A stretch of 25,628 nucleotides of DNA from Promethearchaeota archaeon (GCA_048940925.1 JBHLOC010000057.1:1-25628), one strand, 5' to 3'. Shown: positions 15,570-24,468, counted from the first letter of the stretch. Made by a program: numbers and translations. Notes: a model not told the origin generated them from the sequence alone.

Positions 15570-16778
15570 TTAAAGAAAGAGATTAATTAAAGGTAATAAT
15601 TGTTCTTTAAAATAATTCAATTTACCCTCTAATTTTTCAAGATCTTCAGCAAGTGCCCATAAATATACAGGAATCTGAAGATCTGAATATTCAAATAATT
15701 TTTCACCACGAATAGTAAAGCCATTTAGGGGTAAATCAAGTTTTATGGTATTTTCTCTTATTAGTCCTATCGAGTTATAAAAATTGGAAAGAGTTTGTAA
15801 CAGCAATGCTGTATTATTGACTAACATTTCATCAGTATCGGTTTTTGTATAACTTCCAAAGATTAAACCGTCCATAGATACTAAACTTGCGGCTTTTGCA
15901 TCTACCTGATTGATGAAATCTTCTAAAATATTTTCAATAATCTCTGAGGTATCGGAAACCTTTTTGAGCGCAACACTGAACATTTGCATCACGGTCCTTG
16001 GTTGAAACACCGTAGTATCACAAAACTCGATGGCAAATTGCTCGAATTCATCAACAATTTTAGAAAATTTATTTTTAATAGAAGTTACATTCTGTTGCCA
16101 TTGAAGAGTTTTTCTAAAATCTTGATCACTTTTACTCAAAACTATTAATAATTCTGGTTTTTCTCCTAACTTAGTAAATGAATTTAAAACTTCACGAAAA
16201 TAGTTAGCAGATTCAGGAAATCTATCTGGATCTTGAATATCTACTACATATAACATAATATCTGCTTCAGTGAAAAATAACTCTGGTCTATTGAAGTATA
16301 ATTTTTCTCGATATTGAACCTGTCCGCCTAAATCCCATGAAATGATAGGATAACCGAAAAAATCCAGTTTTTCCCTTTTGACTCCTCTTGTCGGCAATAA
16401 TGACTTTATAATCGAAAACTTTTCTTGAACTACTGCTAAAATAGAGGTTTTTCCCCCATTATCAAGACCAGTTAGTAAAATCTTCTTATGACGCTTTAGT
16501 TGCTCCCTCACATTCTTTTCTATAACCTGTGCAATTTTCACCCATTTTTGAAGGATATTTGGAAGTATTTCTTTGATTTCTGGGAGATTTGTTACAGTTA
16601 AATTAGCTAAATCTTCGATTGTCTTAATACCATTAGAAATTAAATGATCAGAGCTAACTTTATCAACACCTATCAACGTTTCTGGTTTAAATCGCAGTAT
16701 TTCTTCTAATTCATTGATTAGAACATGACTTTTAAAGAAATCTTTTAATATAACACTTTTATCTTCATTTTGTAACAT
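15570..16778 (-). CDS. HhH domain + Arf/Rag-like GTPase + C-terminal roadblock domain
   Basis: LIGVDKVSSDHLISNGIKTIEDLA..KW (HhH-type), then GLDNGGKTS, LLPTRG, WDLGGQ, SKSD and DTTVF. The C-terminal IENILEDF..AASLVSMDGLIFGSY is roadblock-like. Confidence 0.85.
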   Translation of the reverse strand: MLQNEDKSVILKDFFKSHVLINELEEILRFKPETLIGVDKVSSDHLISNGIKTIEDLANLTVTNLPEIKEILPNILQKWVKIAQVIEKNVREQLKRHKKILLTGLDNGGKTSILAVVQEKFSIIKSLLPTRGVKREKLDFFGYPIISWDLGGQVQYREKLYFNRPELFFTEADIMLYVVDIQDPDRFPESANYFREVLNSFTKLGEKPELLIVLSKSDQDFRKTLQWQQNVTSIKNKFSKIVDEFEQFAIEFCDTTVFQPRTVMQMFSVALKKVSDTSEIIENILEDFINQVDAKAASLVSMDGLIFGSYTKTDTDEMLVNNTALLLQTLSNFYNSIGLIRENTIKLDLPLNGFTIRGEKLFEYSDLQIPVYLWALAEDLEKLEGKLNYFKEQLLPLINLFL

Positions 16779-17003
16779 ATGGCATCAGATTTGTTAACAA
16801 TTATCTTAACTCTATTTTAATAGATAAATAAAGTATTATTAAATATATGTTATTTAGAAAATAAAACTTTATTTTTTCATTAATCTAAATAATTAAATTA
16901 TTGAACTATTATTTAATTATTAATAAAAGAATAATAATTAGAGTAATTAGCAAAGTTCTGAGATTTATTCTTTATAAATGTTCCTAAAAATCGTTAACAT
17001 AAA

Positions 17004-18209
17004 ATGGCTGAGCAAAGAATCCCAGAAAATATTGTTGTTTGTATAGATTCTTCGAGATCGATGTATAGAAAAGATTATTCCCCAAATCGACTGACTAGCT
17101 GTGTAAATGCTATTAAAACTCTAATAAAAGAGAGATTCAATAAAGATTGTTTAAGTGCATTTGCGATAATAAAATTTTCTGATACAGCAGAAAAAATAAT
17201 AGATTTTACAAGTTCCAGTTTTGTAGATAATATAGATTCTGCTTTAGATTCTTTAACTTGTGGAGGATATTCTTCTATTGGTGATGGATTAGCACTATCA
17301 ATTAAAACCCTCATAGCAGAATTACGAAAGGTCAGTGCAAAATCTCCCAGAATTCTCTTAATCTCTGATGGAAAAACAATGAACACCGCTGTGGATCCTC
17401 TAAAAATGGCACGACTTGCTCAAGGCTTGAATATTAAGATAGATACCTTTCTAATAGGAGAATTAAGTCATCAAAATATTTTAAAAAGATTAAGTGATCT
17501 TACGGAAGGTAGATTTTTTTATAATAATGATCCTGAATGCCTAATACGATCTGCCCAAGAAATCGCTGATGATAATTATAAGACTTATGGATTAAATACT
17601 CAGAAAATTAATGAAAATCCTGCTTTTCTTAGGAAAATCGCAGCAAATTTATTGAGAGTTCAAGATTTAACTAAAGATCAAGAACAAAGAGCTAAACAAA
17701 TAAGAGGAGAGGTAGATTATAAAAAATGTTCAATCTGTTTTTCTGATAAAAATCCTTATACTAAAGGTTCTTTTTATTTGACAGGCAGATACTGTCCTAA
17801 TTGTACTACTCCTTTTCACATACATTGTCTAGCTGCCTGGGCTGATTCTCAAAAGGATCATGTAGCAAAGAGATCTGGGACTGCTAGATGTCCACACTGT
17901 TTTTATTTAGTTAAAATTCCAATGGAAATATCTCAAATACAAAAATTACGTATTCTTACTGGAGGACCTAAAGAAAAACCAACTAAAAGACCAGAAGTTA
18001 TTCCAGCGAAATTTATCGAAAATGTTGCAATACTAGGAGAAGACGCTTTATTTAATGCTTGTCCAGTATGTCATTTTATTTTTGAAAAGGGACAGAGAGT
18101 AGTTCAATGTGGTAATTTAGGATGCAATACTCTTTATCATGAGGATTGCTTTAAAAAGTTAAAAGGTGGACATTGTAGAAATTGCGATGTAAAGCTCCAC
18201 CTTTATTAA
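17004..18209 (+). CDS. vWA domain + two C4HC3 RING-variant fingers; putative E3 ubiquitin ligase
   Basis: IVVCIDSSRSM (MIDAS DxSxS) and LLISDG. RING1 ligands C242/C245/C264/C267/H272/C275/C296/C299; RING2 ligands C353/C356/C369/C374/H379/C382/C391/C394. Confidence 0.88.
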   Translation: MAEQRIPENIVVCIDSSRSMYRKDYSPNRLTSCVNAIKTLIKERFNKDCLSAFAIIKFSDTAEKIIDFTSSSFVDNIDSALDSLTCGGYSSIGDGLALSIKTLIAELRKVSAKSPRILLISDGKTMNTAVDPLKMARLAQGLNIKIDTFLIGELSHQNILKRLSDLTEGRFFYNNDPECLIRSAQEIADDNYKTYGLNTQKINENPAFLRKIAANLLRVQDLTKDQEQRAKQIRGEVDYKKCSICFSDKNPYTKGSFYLTGRYCPNCTTPFHIHCLAAWADSQKDHVAKRSGTARCPHCFYLVKIPMEISQIQKLRILTGGPKEKPTKRPEVIPAKFIENVAILGEDALFNACPVCHFIFEKGQRVVQCGNLGCNTLYHEDCFKKLKGGHCRNCDVKLHLY

Positions 18210-18229
18210 AAAATAAGTTGAGAAATATA

Positions 18230-18484
18230 ATGAGTGATGTAAATAATTTAAAGCAACAAATAAATGTAGCAGCATATTTTCTTGCACAAAAGAATTATAC
18301 TTATGATAAATTATGTTGGATGCTTGCGGAAAGAGAACTTATTGCACAAAAAGACGCTAGATATAAGGAAGAACAGAGAAAAAAAGAAAAAGCGGCACAA
18401 ATATTCTTCCAAGGACTACCTTATGATCTTCTTACGTGGTTAATAGCTGAGCTTGATATTTTAATCAAATTAGGAAAAATTTAG
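18230..18484 (+). CDS. Small protein with two internal DUF2934-like repeats
   Basis: The ATG at 18230 avoids overlap with the upstream gene (84 aa). Repeats INVAAYFLAQKNYTYDKLCWMLAERELI and KEKAAQIFFQGLPYDLLTWLIAELDIL. Confidence 0.75.
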   Translation: MSDVNNLKQQINVAAYFLAQKNYTYDKLCWMLAERELIAQKDARYKEEQRKKEKAAQIFFQGLPYDLLTWLIAELDILIKLGKI

Positions 18485-18629
18485 CAAATTATAATTAATA
18501 CTTTAAAATATAAGATTAATTATATGCTAATTCCTACTTTATATCAAATTAATTTATTTTTTCAACATTAATTGATTAAAATAAATTAATCTACAAAATA
18601 GAGTTTTATATTATTGATAACACGTAACC

Positions 18630-19511
18630 ATGATCGATTCTAATTATTATTCTTATGGTAATATAAAATTAGGTAGAGGAAGTTTCGAACTACCTCCAGT
18701 GCTAATTGGTACAATTTTTTATCAAAATGAGACAATTTTAGATAGAAAAAAAAGTGAAATTTTTAATATTCAAAAAGCTAAAAAAAGGATTGACATACAT
18801 ATCTCCTTATCTGAGAAATACAATATTCCTAACCTAATTGAGATATCAGCTATAACGCCCAGAGCTATGGTGAAATATTTAGAATTCTATTTAGATCATT
18901 ATAAACCTCCGTTTGTATTAGGAGGAAATTTTGAATCCAGAGTTGCTGGAATTGAATATCTCGCAGATCATGGGATCAAACCTGAGCATTATATATATAA
19001 TTCTATCTCAAATCTAAAAAACAAAAGAGAATTACAATTACTCCAAAAATATAAAATTAGATCTTTAGTTGTGTTAATATTGGGTGCAAATAATATGACG
19101 TCCACTCAGAGATTTGCATATCTTACAGAGAATAATCAACCTAACAACACTAACATTCTTGAAGGCTTAAAAAATATAGGAATTGAAATGATTTGGATTG
19201 ATGGAGGTGTTATTGATTTAGAAAGTTTAGCACACATTTTAGAAACTCAAAGATTAATTAGCATGTCATTAAAACTTCCTGTAGGTACAGCGCCAAATCT
19301 TTTTCTTTTTAAATACTCCTCTCCACGTCTAAATGCTAAATTTCATACAAGATATAGAAGAGCAAGTATCATGTTTATAGCATCATGGTTCTCTAATTTT
19401 ATCTTTTATGGAGCTATTGAAGATGCAAAAGAATCATTTGCTTCAGCAAAACAATCATTTGAGTTTAAAAGTATACTAAAAAGTCAGAAAATTAAACTTT
19501 TTGAATTGTAA
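18630..19511 (+). CDS. MtrH/MtgA-like pterin-binding methyltransferase family protein (divergent)
   Basis: PPVLIGTIFY, FN..KA...I, AMVKYLEF, SRVAG, IYNSI, IDGGVIDL, LPVGTAPN and FIFYGAIEDA resemble MtrH-family motifs. No other mtr genes are in the window. Confidence 0.75.
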   Translation: MIDSNYYSYGNIKLGRGSFELPPVLIGTIFYQNETILDRKKSEIFNIQKAKKRIDIHISLSEKYNIPNLIEISAITPRAMVKYLEFYLDHYKPPFVLGGNFESRVAGIEYLADHGIKPEHYIYNSISNLKNKRELQLLQKYKIRSLVVLILGANNMTSTQRFAYLTENNQPNNTNILEGLKNIGIEMIWIDGGVIDLESLAHILETQRLISMSLKLPVGTAPNLFLFKYSSPRLNAKFHTRYRRASIMFIASWFSNFIFYGAIEDAKESFASAKQSFEFKSILKSQKIKLFEL

Positions 19512-19642
19512 TTTTTCTAAATTTAACTAATAAATCAAATAAATAACAAGAAAAACCAATCAATACTAAGATTTTAATATTTTAATTAAGTCTATGTAAT
19601 TAGAGTTAATTTATATATTGTTGAATTTTACCGAGAAAGATT

Positions 19643-20782
19643 ATGATAAATAATTTTGATAATGAGAGTAAGGAAATAGAAGCAATACAATTAATAGATA
19701 AAGCAGAAGATTTAGCTGATCGGAATAAAGGAGAAGAAGCAATTAATTTTTATGAAAAAGCAGCCCAGATTTATCTTGATTTAGGTAGTTATATCAAATT
19801 AGATGAATTATACATAAGAATAGCACAAATAATTTCACAGTTTAAAAATAATATTCAAGCAGTCTATAGATTAAAATCCATTATAAGAAAAACTGAGGAA
19901 TTGAAATTAAACGAAGTTTCAGCGAAATTGTTAATACAGTTAGGGAATGTTTCTTATAGAATGCGAGATTGGGAAACTGCAGGAGAATCTTGGCAAAAAG
20001 CTTCAGAATATCTAATTGAGGTTGATCCTGAAGAATATAATAGTCTTTCTTCAGTCTTGCTTTTAAAAGCAGGACAAACATTTGAGCGATCACGAATAAA
20101 AAAGGATTTAGGTAAACGCTTAATACTTAAAGCAGTAATGAAAATTAAGAAATTTGACGAATTATATGAAGAAGCAGAAAAACGTGCTTTATATCTCATA
20201 TCAGCAGGTGAACTTGAAGCAGCAGCTAAAAAATTCAATAATATTGCAACATACTTCCAGTCAGCATTAGAAGATTTGAGAGAAATTATTGATGAGGAAG
20301 AATCTACAGATACAATGCTTAATGCAAGAGCACGATTTATACATTTTGTAGCGGAATATCAAACATTCTCTGCATTATGTTTACGGGCATCTGAAAACCG
20401 TGACTTTAATGAGAAAATTAAGAAACTAGGTATGGATTCGATTAATCGCTTTAAGGAGTCAATTTCTCTTCTTAAAACTTATCTATTTCCTAAATCTCCT
20501 GAATTTGATCATGAAGTTATCCTAAGAGTGACTTTTGATACAATGCTCCTAGCTATTATTCAACAAATGTTAGGTATACAAGAAATAAATTCATCTGCAT
20601 ATCTTTTTGATGGTATGAAGGAGAATAAAGCATTAATTAAACAATTGAAAAAATCTCCTTATTTTACAATTACTGAAAGAATCGAAAGACTAGGAGTAAG
20701 AGAAGGATTTGAAGATCTCCTAAAAGTTAATCTAGGGCATTTTGAGAGTATAAAAAACACACTAATCTCTTATTTTAAATGA
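19643..20782 (+). CDS. Alpha-solenoid (TPR / alpha-SNAP-like) protein
   Basis: EEAINFYEKAAQIYLDLG, WETAGESWQKASEYL and LEAAAKKFNNIATYF repeat-type helices; predicted all-alpha. Confidence 0.65.
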   Translation: MINNFDNESKEIEAIQLIDKAEDLADRNKGEEAINFYEKAAQIYLDLGSYIKLDELYIRIAQIISQFKNNIQAVYRLKSIIRKTEELKLNEVSAKLLIQLGNVSYRMRDWETAGESWQKASEYLIEVDPEEYNSLSSVLLLKAGQTFERSRIKKDLGKRLILKAVMKIKKFDELYEEAEKRALYLISAGELEAAAKKFNNIATYFQSALEDLREIIDEEESTDTMLNARARFIHFVAEYQTFSALCLRASENRDFNEKIKKLGMDSINRFKESISLLKTYLFPKSPEFDHEVILRVTFDTMLLAIIQQMLGIQEINSSAYLFDGMKENKALIKQLKKSPYFTITERIERLGVREGFEDLLKVNLGHFESIKNTLISYFK

Positions 20783-20792
20783 AATAATTTAT

Positions 20793-21842
20793 TTAAAAAG
20801 CTTCAGGTCCTACTGAATCTATTAATCTTTTAATTTCATCTTCATTTTTCGCAAAAACTCCGATATTGCCAATCTGAATTTGCTTTAACCCTACCTCTTT
20901 TACCACATTATATGTTTCTATTATTTCATCTAACTTAGGAGAACGATAATCTTTTAATTTATACTGAGGGAAAAACGCTAATATATGAAAGGGAATATTC
21001 TCATCGATTTCTACAATTAACTCAGCAACTTTTTTAAATTGCTCTACCTCAATAAAATTTGGAATAAAAACTGTAAGAATTTCTAAAACAAAATTCCTCT
21101 TAATAATTTCTCTTGGAGCCCTAAGAACTGTCTTATTTGAAGTTCCACATAATTTTCTATAAATTTCAGCATCATAAGCTTTGATATCTAACCAATAAGA
21201 ATCTAATCCTGCTTTTTGAAGAAGATCTAAATTTTTTTCAGTAAGTCCAAATCCATTTGATTCTAAAAGCACCCATATATTATCACATTTTTGCTTTATT
21301 TTTTGAGTTGCTTCTGCATAAAATTCTCCCTGACACGCAATATCTCCGCCTGTAAACGCTACAATATTCCTAGCAGGACCAAATCCTTGAGGACCTAATA
21401 CAATCTGATCTCTTGAGAGCAGATTTGGACATAGTGGACTCGGTTTGTTGTATATTATACAGGAACCGCAGTGTCGACATTGTTTATTTGCATAATACAT
21501 TAAAGCTTGCTCCCGTGGTTCAAAAACAGTGACAAAACTCTCATATTGTTTGCATTCCTCAGCAATTTCATCTGTGGAATACCATCGCCCATTAAAATGC
21601 TTTGAGAATTCCCAAGAATGGCATTTAAGACAACTATGATTACAACCAGATTGATAGATTGAAAAATAATCTTCTGGTCTGGATAAATGCATCGCAGTTA
21701 TTACTCGATGATACTTTCCATTCTCAAACTTCAGGGTTGCTTGACATGCGGATTTTTTAGAATTATCTTTTAAATAAGTTTCACACGCGCCCTTTTGATA
21801 TCCTTGTTTAACCATATTACAAAAATATTCTAATTTGTCCAT
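20793..21842 (-). CDS. Radical SAM protein, PFL-activating-enzyme-like, with extra Cys-rich insert
   Basis: GCNHSCLKCHSW, VAFTGGD, ESNGFG, WLDIKA and FHILAFFPQYK motifs, with a CRHCGSC..LCP insert. Confidence 0.88.
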   Translation of the reverse strand: MDKLEYFCNMVKQGYQKGACETYLKDNSKKSACQATLKFENGKYHRVITAMHLSRPEDYFSIYQSGCNHSCLKCHSWEFSKHFNGRWYSTDEIAEECKQYESFVTVFEPREQALMYYANKQCRHCGSCIIYNKPSPLCPNLLSRDQIVLGPQGFGPARNIVAFTGGDIACQGEFYAEATQKIKQKCDNIWVLLESNGFGLTEKNLDLLQKAGLDSYWLDIKAYDAEIYRKLCGTSNKTVLRAPREIIKRNFVLEILTVFIPNFIEVEQFKKVAELIVEIDENIPFHILAFFPQYKLKDYRSPKLDEIIETYNVVKEVGLKQIQIGNIGVFAKNEDEIKRLIDSVGPEAF

Positions 21843-22215
21843 GACAATGAAGTTTAAAATTGATTCTTATAAAAATTTAATGATATCTTCTTATAAGATA
21901 AATTAAACAGATTAGAGAACACAAATATAATCATAACACTTCTTCTATAGCACTTATACGACCACTAATTTTACTATAGTTCTATGGATTATTCAGGCAC
22001 TCTAATACAATTTGGCAGCTATATAGAAATAACAAAAATTTATATAATATCAAACAATAATCTAGTTAATTAAACATTATTCAATAAAAAAGAGAATTAA
22101 AAGAAAAATTCTCAACGCTGTTTCTAATCTATTAGTTATATTAAAATTATTAACGACATAGATTAGAATAGGCAAGAATTAAAAAGATTAAAAGAAAAGT
22201 ACGGAGAAGAAAACA

Positions 22216-23802
22216 ATGAAAATTTTATATGTTAATCCTGCTCGAATTACCTCTGGTCTTGATGCTATAATTAAGGGACCCCCTCTAAGTTTAATATCAA
22301 TAGCGGCTATGGTTCCGGAACATGATGCGCAACTATTCGATTTTAAAGTCCACAAGTATAATGAGAAGAAATTTCATTCATTATTAAATGATAGTGATAT
22401 AGTAGCTCTCACAAGTATGACACCTCAAATCTCTCATGCATTTGAAGTTGCTCAAATGGCAAAAGAACACGGATGTATCACAATAATTGGTGGATATCAA
22501 CCTACATTAGCTCCTGAATATGTGGCGAAACATCCAGCAATAGATTATGCCGTTCGCGGTGAGGGAGAACATACTTTTCACGAACTTGTAGACTTTATCG
22601 ATGGAAATAAAGACAATACTGCATTAAGAAATATTGATGGAATTTCATATAAAAACAAAGAAGGACAAGTACTTCATAACAAAGATCGTAAATTAGAACT
22701 TGATTTAGATAAATTTCCAATGCCTCGAAGAGATTTATTAGACGATAAAAGATATATTTATTTAGGTGCTAGAGTAGCTCAACTTGAAACTTCACGAGGC
22801 TGCCCACATAATTGTAAATTTTGTTGTATTATAAAAATGTGGAGAAATCCAGATCGCCCTATTACATATCGGACAAAATCAATTAAAAGAATTATGCAAG
22901 AAATATACGACATTGATTGGAGAAATGATTTTATCTTTTTCTGCGAAGATAATTTTACAATTAAAATAAAAAGAACAAAAGAAATACTTGAAACAATAAT
23001 TCGTTCAGGAGTTCCAAACAAAATGTATTTTTCTTGCCAATCTCGAGTTGATACTTTATATCGAAATCAATGGTTAATTGATTTAATGCATAAAGCAGGT
23101 ATGAGGCAAGTATTCCTTGGTATTGAATCAGTTCATCAACAGAGTTTAGATGCTATGAATAAGCAGAATACAACTCCTGATATGGTCAGAAAAGTCGTAT
23201 CATTACTTCAAGATCGCGGAATTTCGATTTTTGGGGGTGTGATTATTGGGTACCCTGGAGAAACTAAAACAATGGTAAGGCAAAATATTCAATTTGCACG
23301 TTCACTTAATTTAACCTGTATACAATTCACTCCTATTACCGCATTTCCAGGTACTGATTTTTACAATGAAATGAAAGAAAAGGGCATGGTGACTAGCAAT
23401 AATTTCAAACATTATAATTTATTCCATCCAATGATGAGAACAAATCAGTTAACCAATATAGAAATGTATCGATTAGTAGCAGAAGCATATTCTGCTTATT
23501 ATCTTAATGGAGATTGGCTCAGATTACTTGCAAAAAGATATTGTAATCCATTTGGAAGATTCAATTGGATGGGTCGAAATGTTCCTCGTTTTGTTAAAAC
23601 ATGTATAGTGAGTGGTGTAGAAATGCTTCACGATATGGGGATGACTTCATCAATAATATCCGATGAGATGAGAGAAATTATGGAGCGTGCAAAAGCTGGA
23701 AAACCTTTAATTACTGAAAAACCTGAAAAACTTGAAAAAATGAATGAAATCTTACCCTTAGATAAAAAATCAATAGAACCAGTAAAAGCTACAAATTATT
23801 AA
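22216..23802 (+). CDS. Cobalamin-binding radical SAM protein (BchE/class B methyltransferase-like)
   Basis: PPLSL..IAA, IGGYQPT, RGEGE, ETSRGCPHNCKFC, FCEDNF, GIES, IIGYPGET and TAFPGT motifs. Confidence 0.92.
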   Translation: MKILYVNPARITSGLDAIIKGPPLSLISIAAMVPEHDAQLFDFKVHKYNEKKFHSLLNDSDIVALTSMTPQISHAFEVAQMAKEHGCITIIGGYQPTLAPEYVAKHPAIDYAVRGEGEHTFHELVDFIDGNKDNTALRNIDGISYKNKEGQVLHNKDRKLELDLDKFPMPRRDLLDDKRYIYLGARVAQLETSRGCPHNCKFCCIIKMWRNPDRPITYRTKSIKRIMQEIYDIDWRNDFIFFCEDNFTIKIKRTKEILETIIRSGVPNKMYFSCQSRVDTLYRNQWLIDLMHKAGMRQVFLGIESVHQQSLDAMNKQNTTPDMVRKVVSLLQDRGISIFGGVIIGYPGETKTMVRQNIQFARSLNLTCIQFTPITAFPGTDFYNEMKEKGMVTSNNFKHYNLFHPMMRTNQLTNIEMYRLVAEAYSAYYLNGDWLRLLAKRYCNPFGRFNWMGRNVPRFVKTCIVSGVEMLHDMGMTSSIISDEMREIMERAKAGKPLITEKPEKLEKMNEILPLDKKSIEPVKATNY

Positions 23803-23849
23803 AATTAAATTCTATTTGGAATAAGGAACTTTTTTCTTTACATTTTGTA

Positions 23850-24467
23850 TCATTTTGAAAACAAGGGAGATCCACATTCAGAACAATATTTAACGGTATT
23901 TCGATCAAACTCTGTTCCGCAATTTTGACATAAAACTTTAAATTTTACCATTGGAGGAATATTTTTTATAACACTTTCCAAAGTAATTTTTATTGAATTC
24001 TGAACTTCTTTGATTATTTCTTCTTTTTGTTCTTTAGAAAAAGAATGAATGTAGATTGATGAAAGCTCAACCAAGAAATTTTTGATGAAATTCAATTGAT
24101 CTTGAAAATTTTTATTTACTTTAACTTTAAGTATTTCTTCTCCTACATCAGTCAGAGAGTAAACTTTCTTGATAGGACCAATCTCACTTTTAACTCGTTC
24201 AATTTTTAGAAATCCATTTTTTTTCAATTTTGATAAAATGGGATATATAGTACCAGATTGCGCTTTCCATGTACCAGCAAAATGTTCATTTAAAATTCTA
24301 ATCAGGTCATACCCAGAGATTCTTTTACTATTAAAAATACTCTCTATAATTGTAAATTCAAGAGGAGTAAGTCTGTATATTTTTATATTATTAAAAACTT
24401 CTTCCTCAATTTTAGATCTTAAATTTTCTAAATCCTCTTCAAGATCTAAAAATTTACTTAACCACAT
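23850..24467 (-). CDS. PadR-family winged-helix regulator with C-terminal zinc ribbon
   Basis: SGYDLIR...W....GTIYPILSKLKKNG, KKVYSLTDVG and CQNCG..YCSECG. Confidence 0.9.
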   Translation of the reverse strand: MWLSKFLDLEEDLENLRSKIEEEVFNNIKIYRLTPLEFTIIESIFNSKRISGYDLIRILNEHFAGTWKAQSGTIYPILSKLKKNGFLKIERVKSEIGPIKKVYSLTDVGEEILKVKVNKNFQDQLNFIKNFLVELSSIYIHSFSKEQKEEIIKEVQNSIKITLESVIKNIPPMVKFKVLCQNCGTEFDRNTVKYCSECGSPLFSK

Positions 24468-24468
24468 C

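Noticed and set aside
18182-18229. Upstream TTG start of the 100-aa ORF
   Set aside because: It overlaps the RING2 coding region; the ATG at 18230 gives a cleaner, non-overlapping gene.
21931-22020. Protein-looking minus-strand fragment (..NYSKISGRISAIEEVL*) and scattered CACT/CTATAG words between the divergent radical SAM genes
   Set aside because: In-frame TAG upstream, no credible start and irregular spacing. Too weak to call a pseudogene or repeat.
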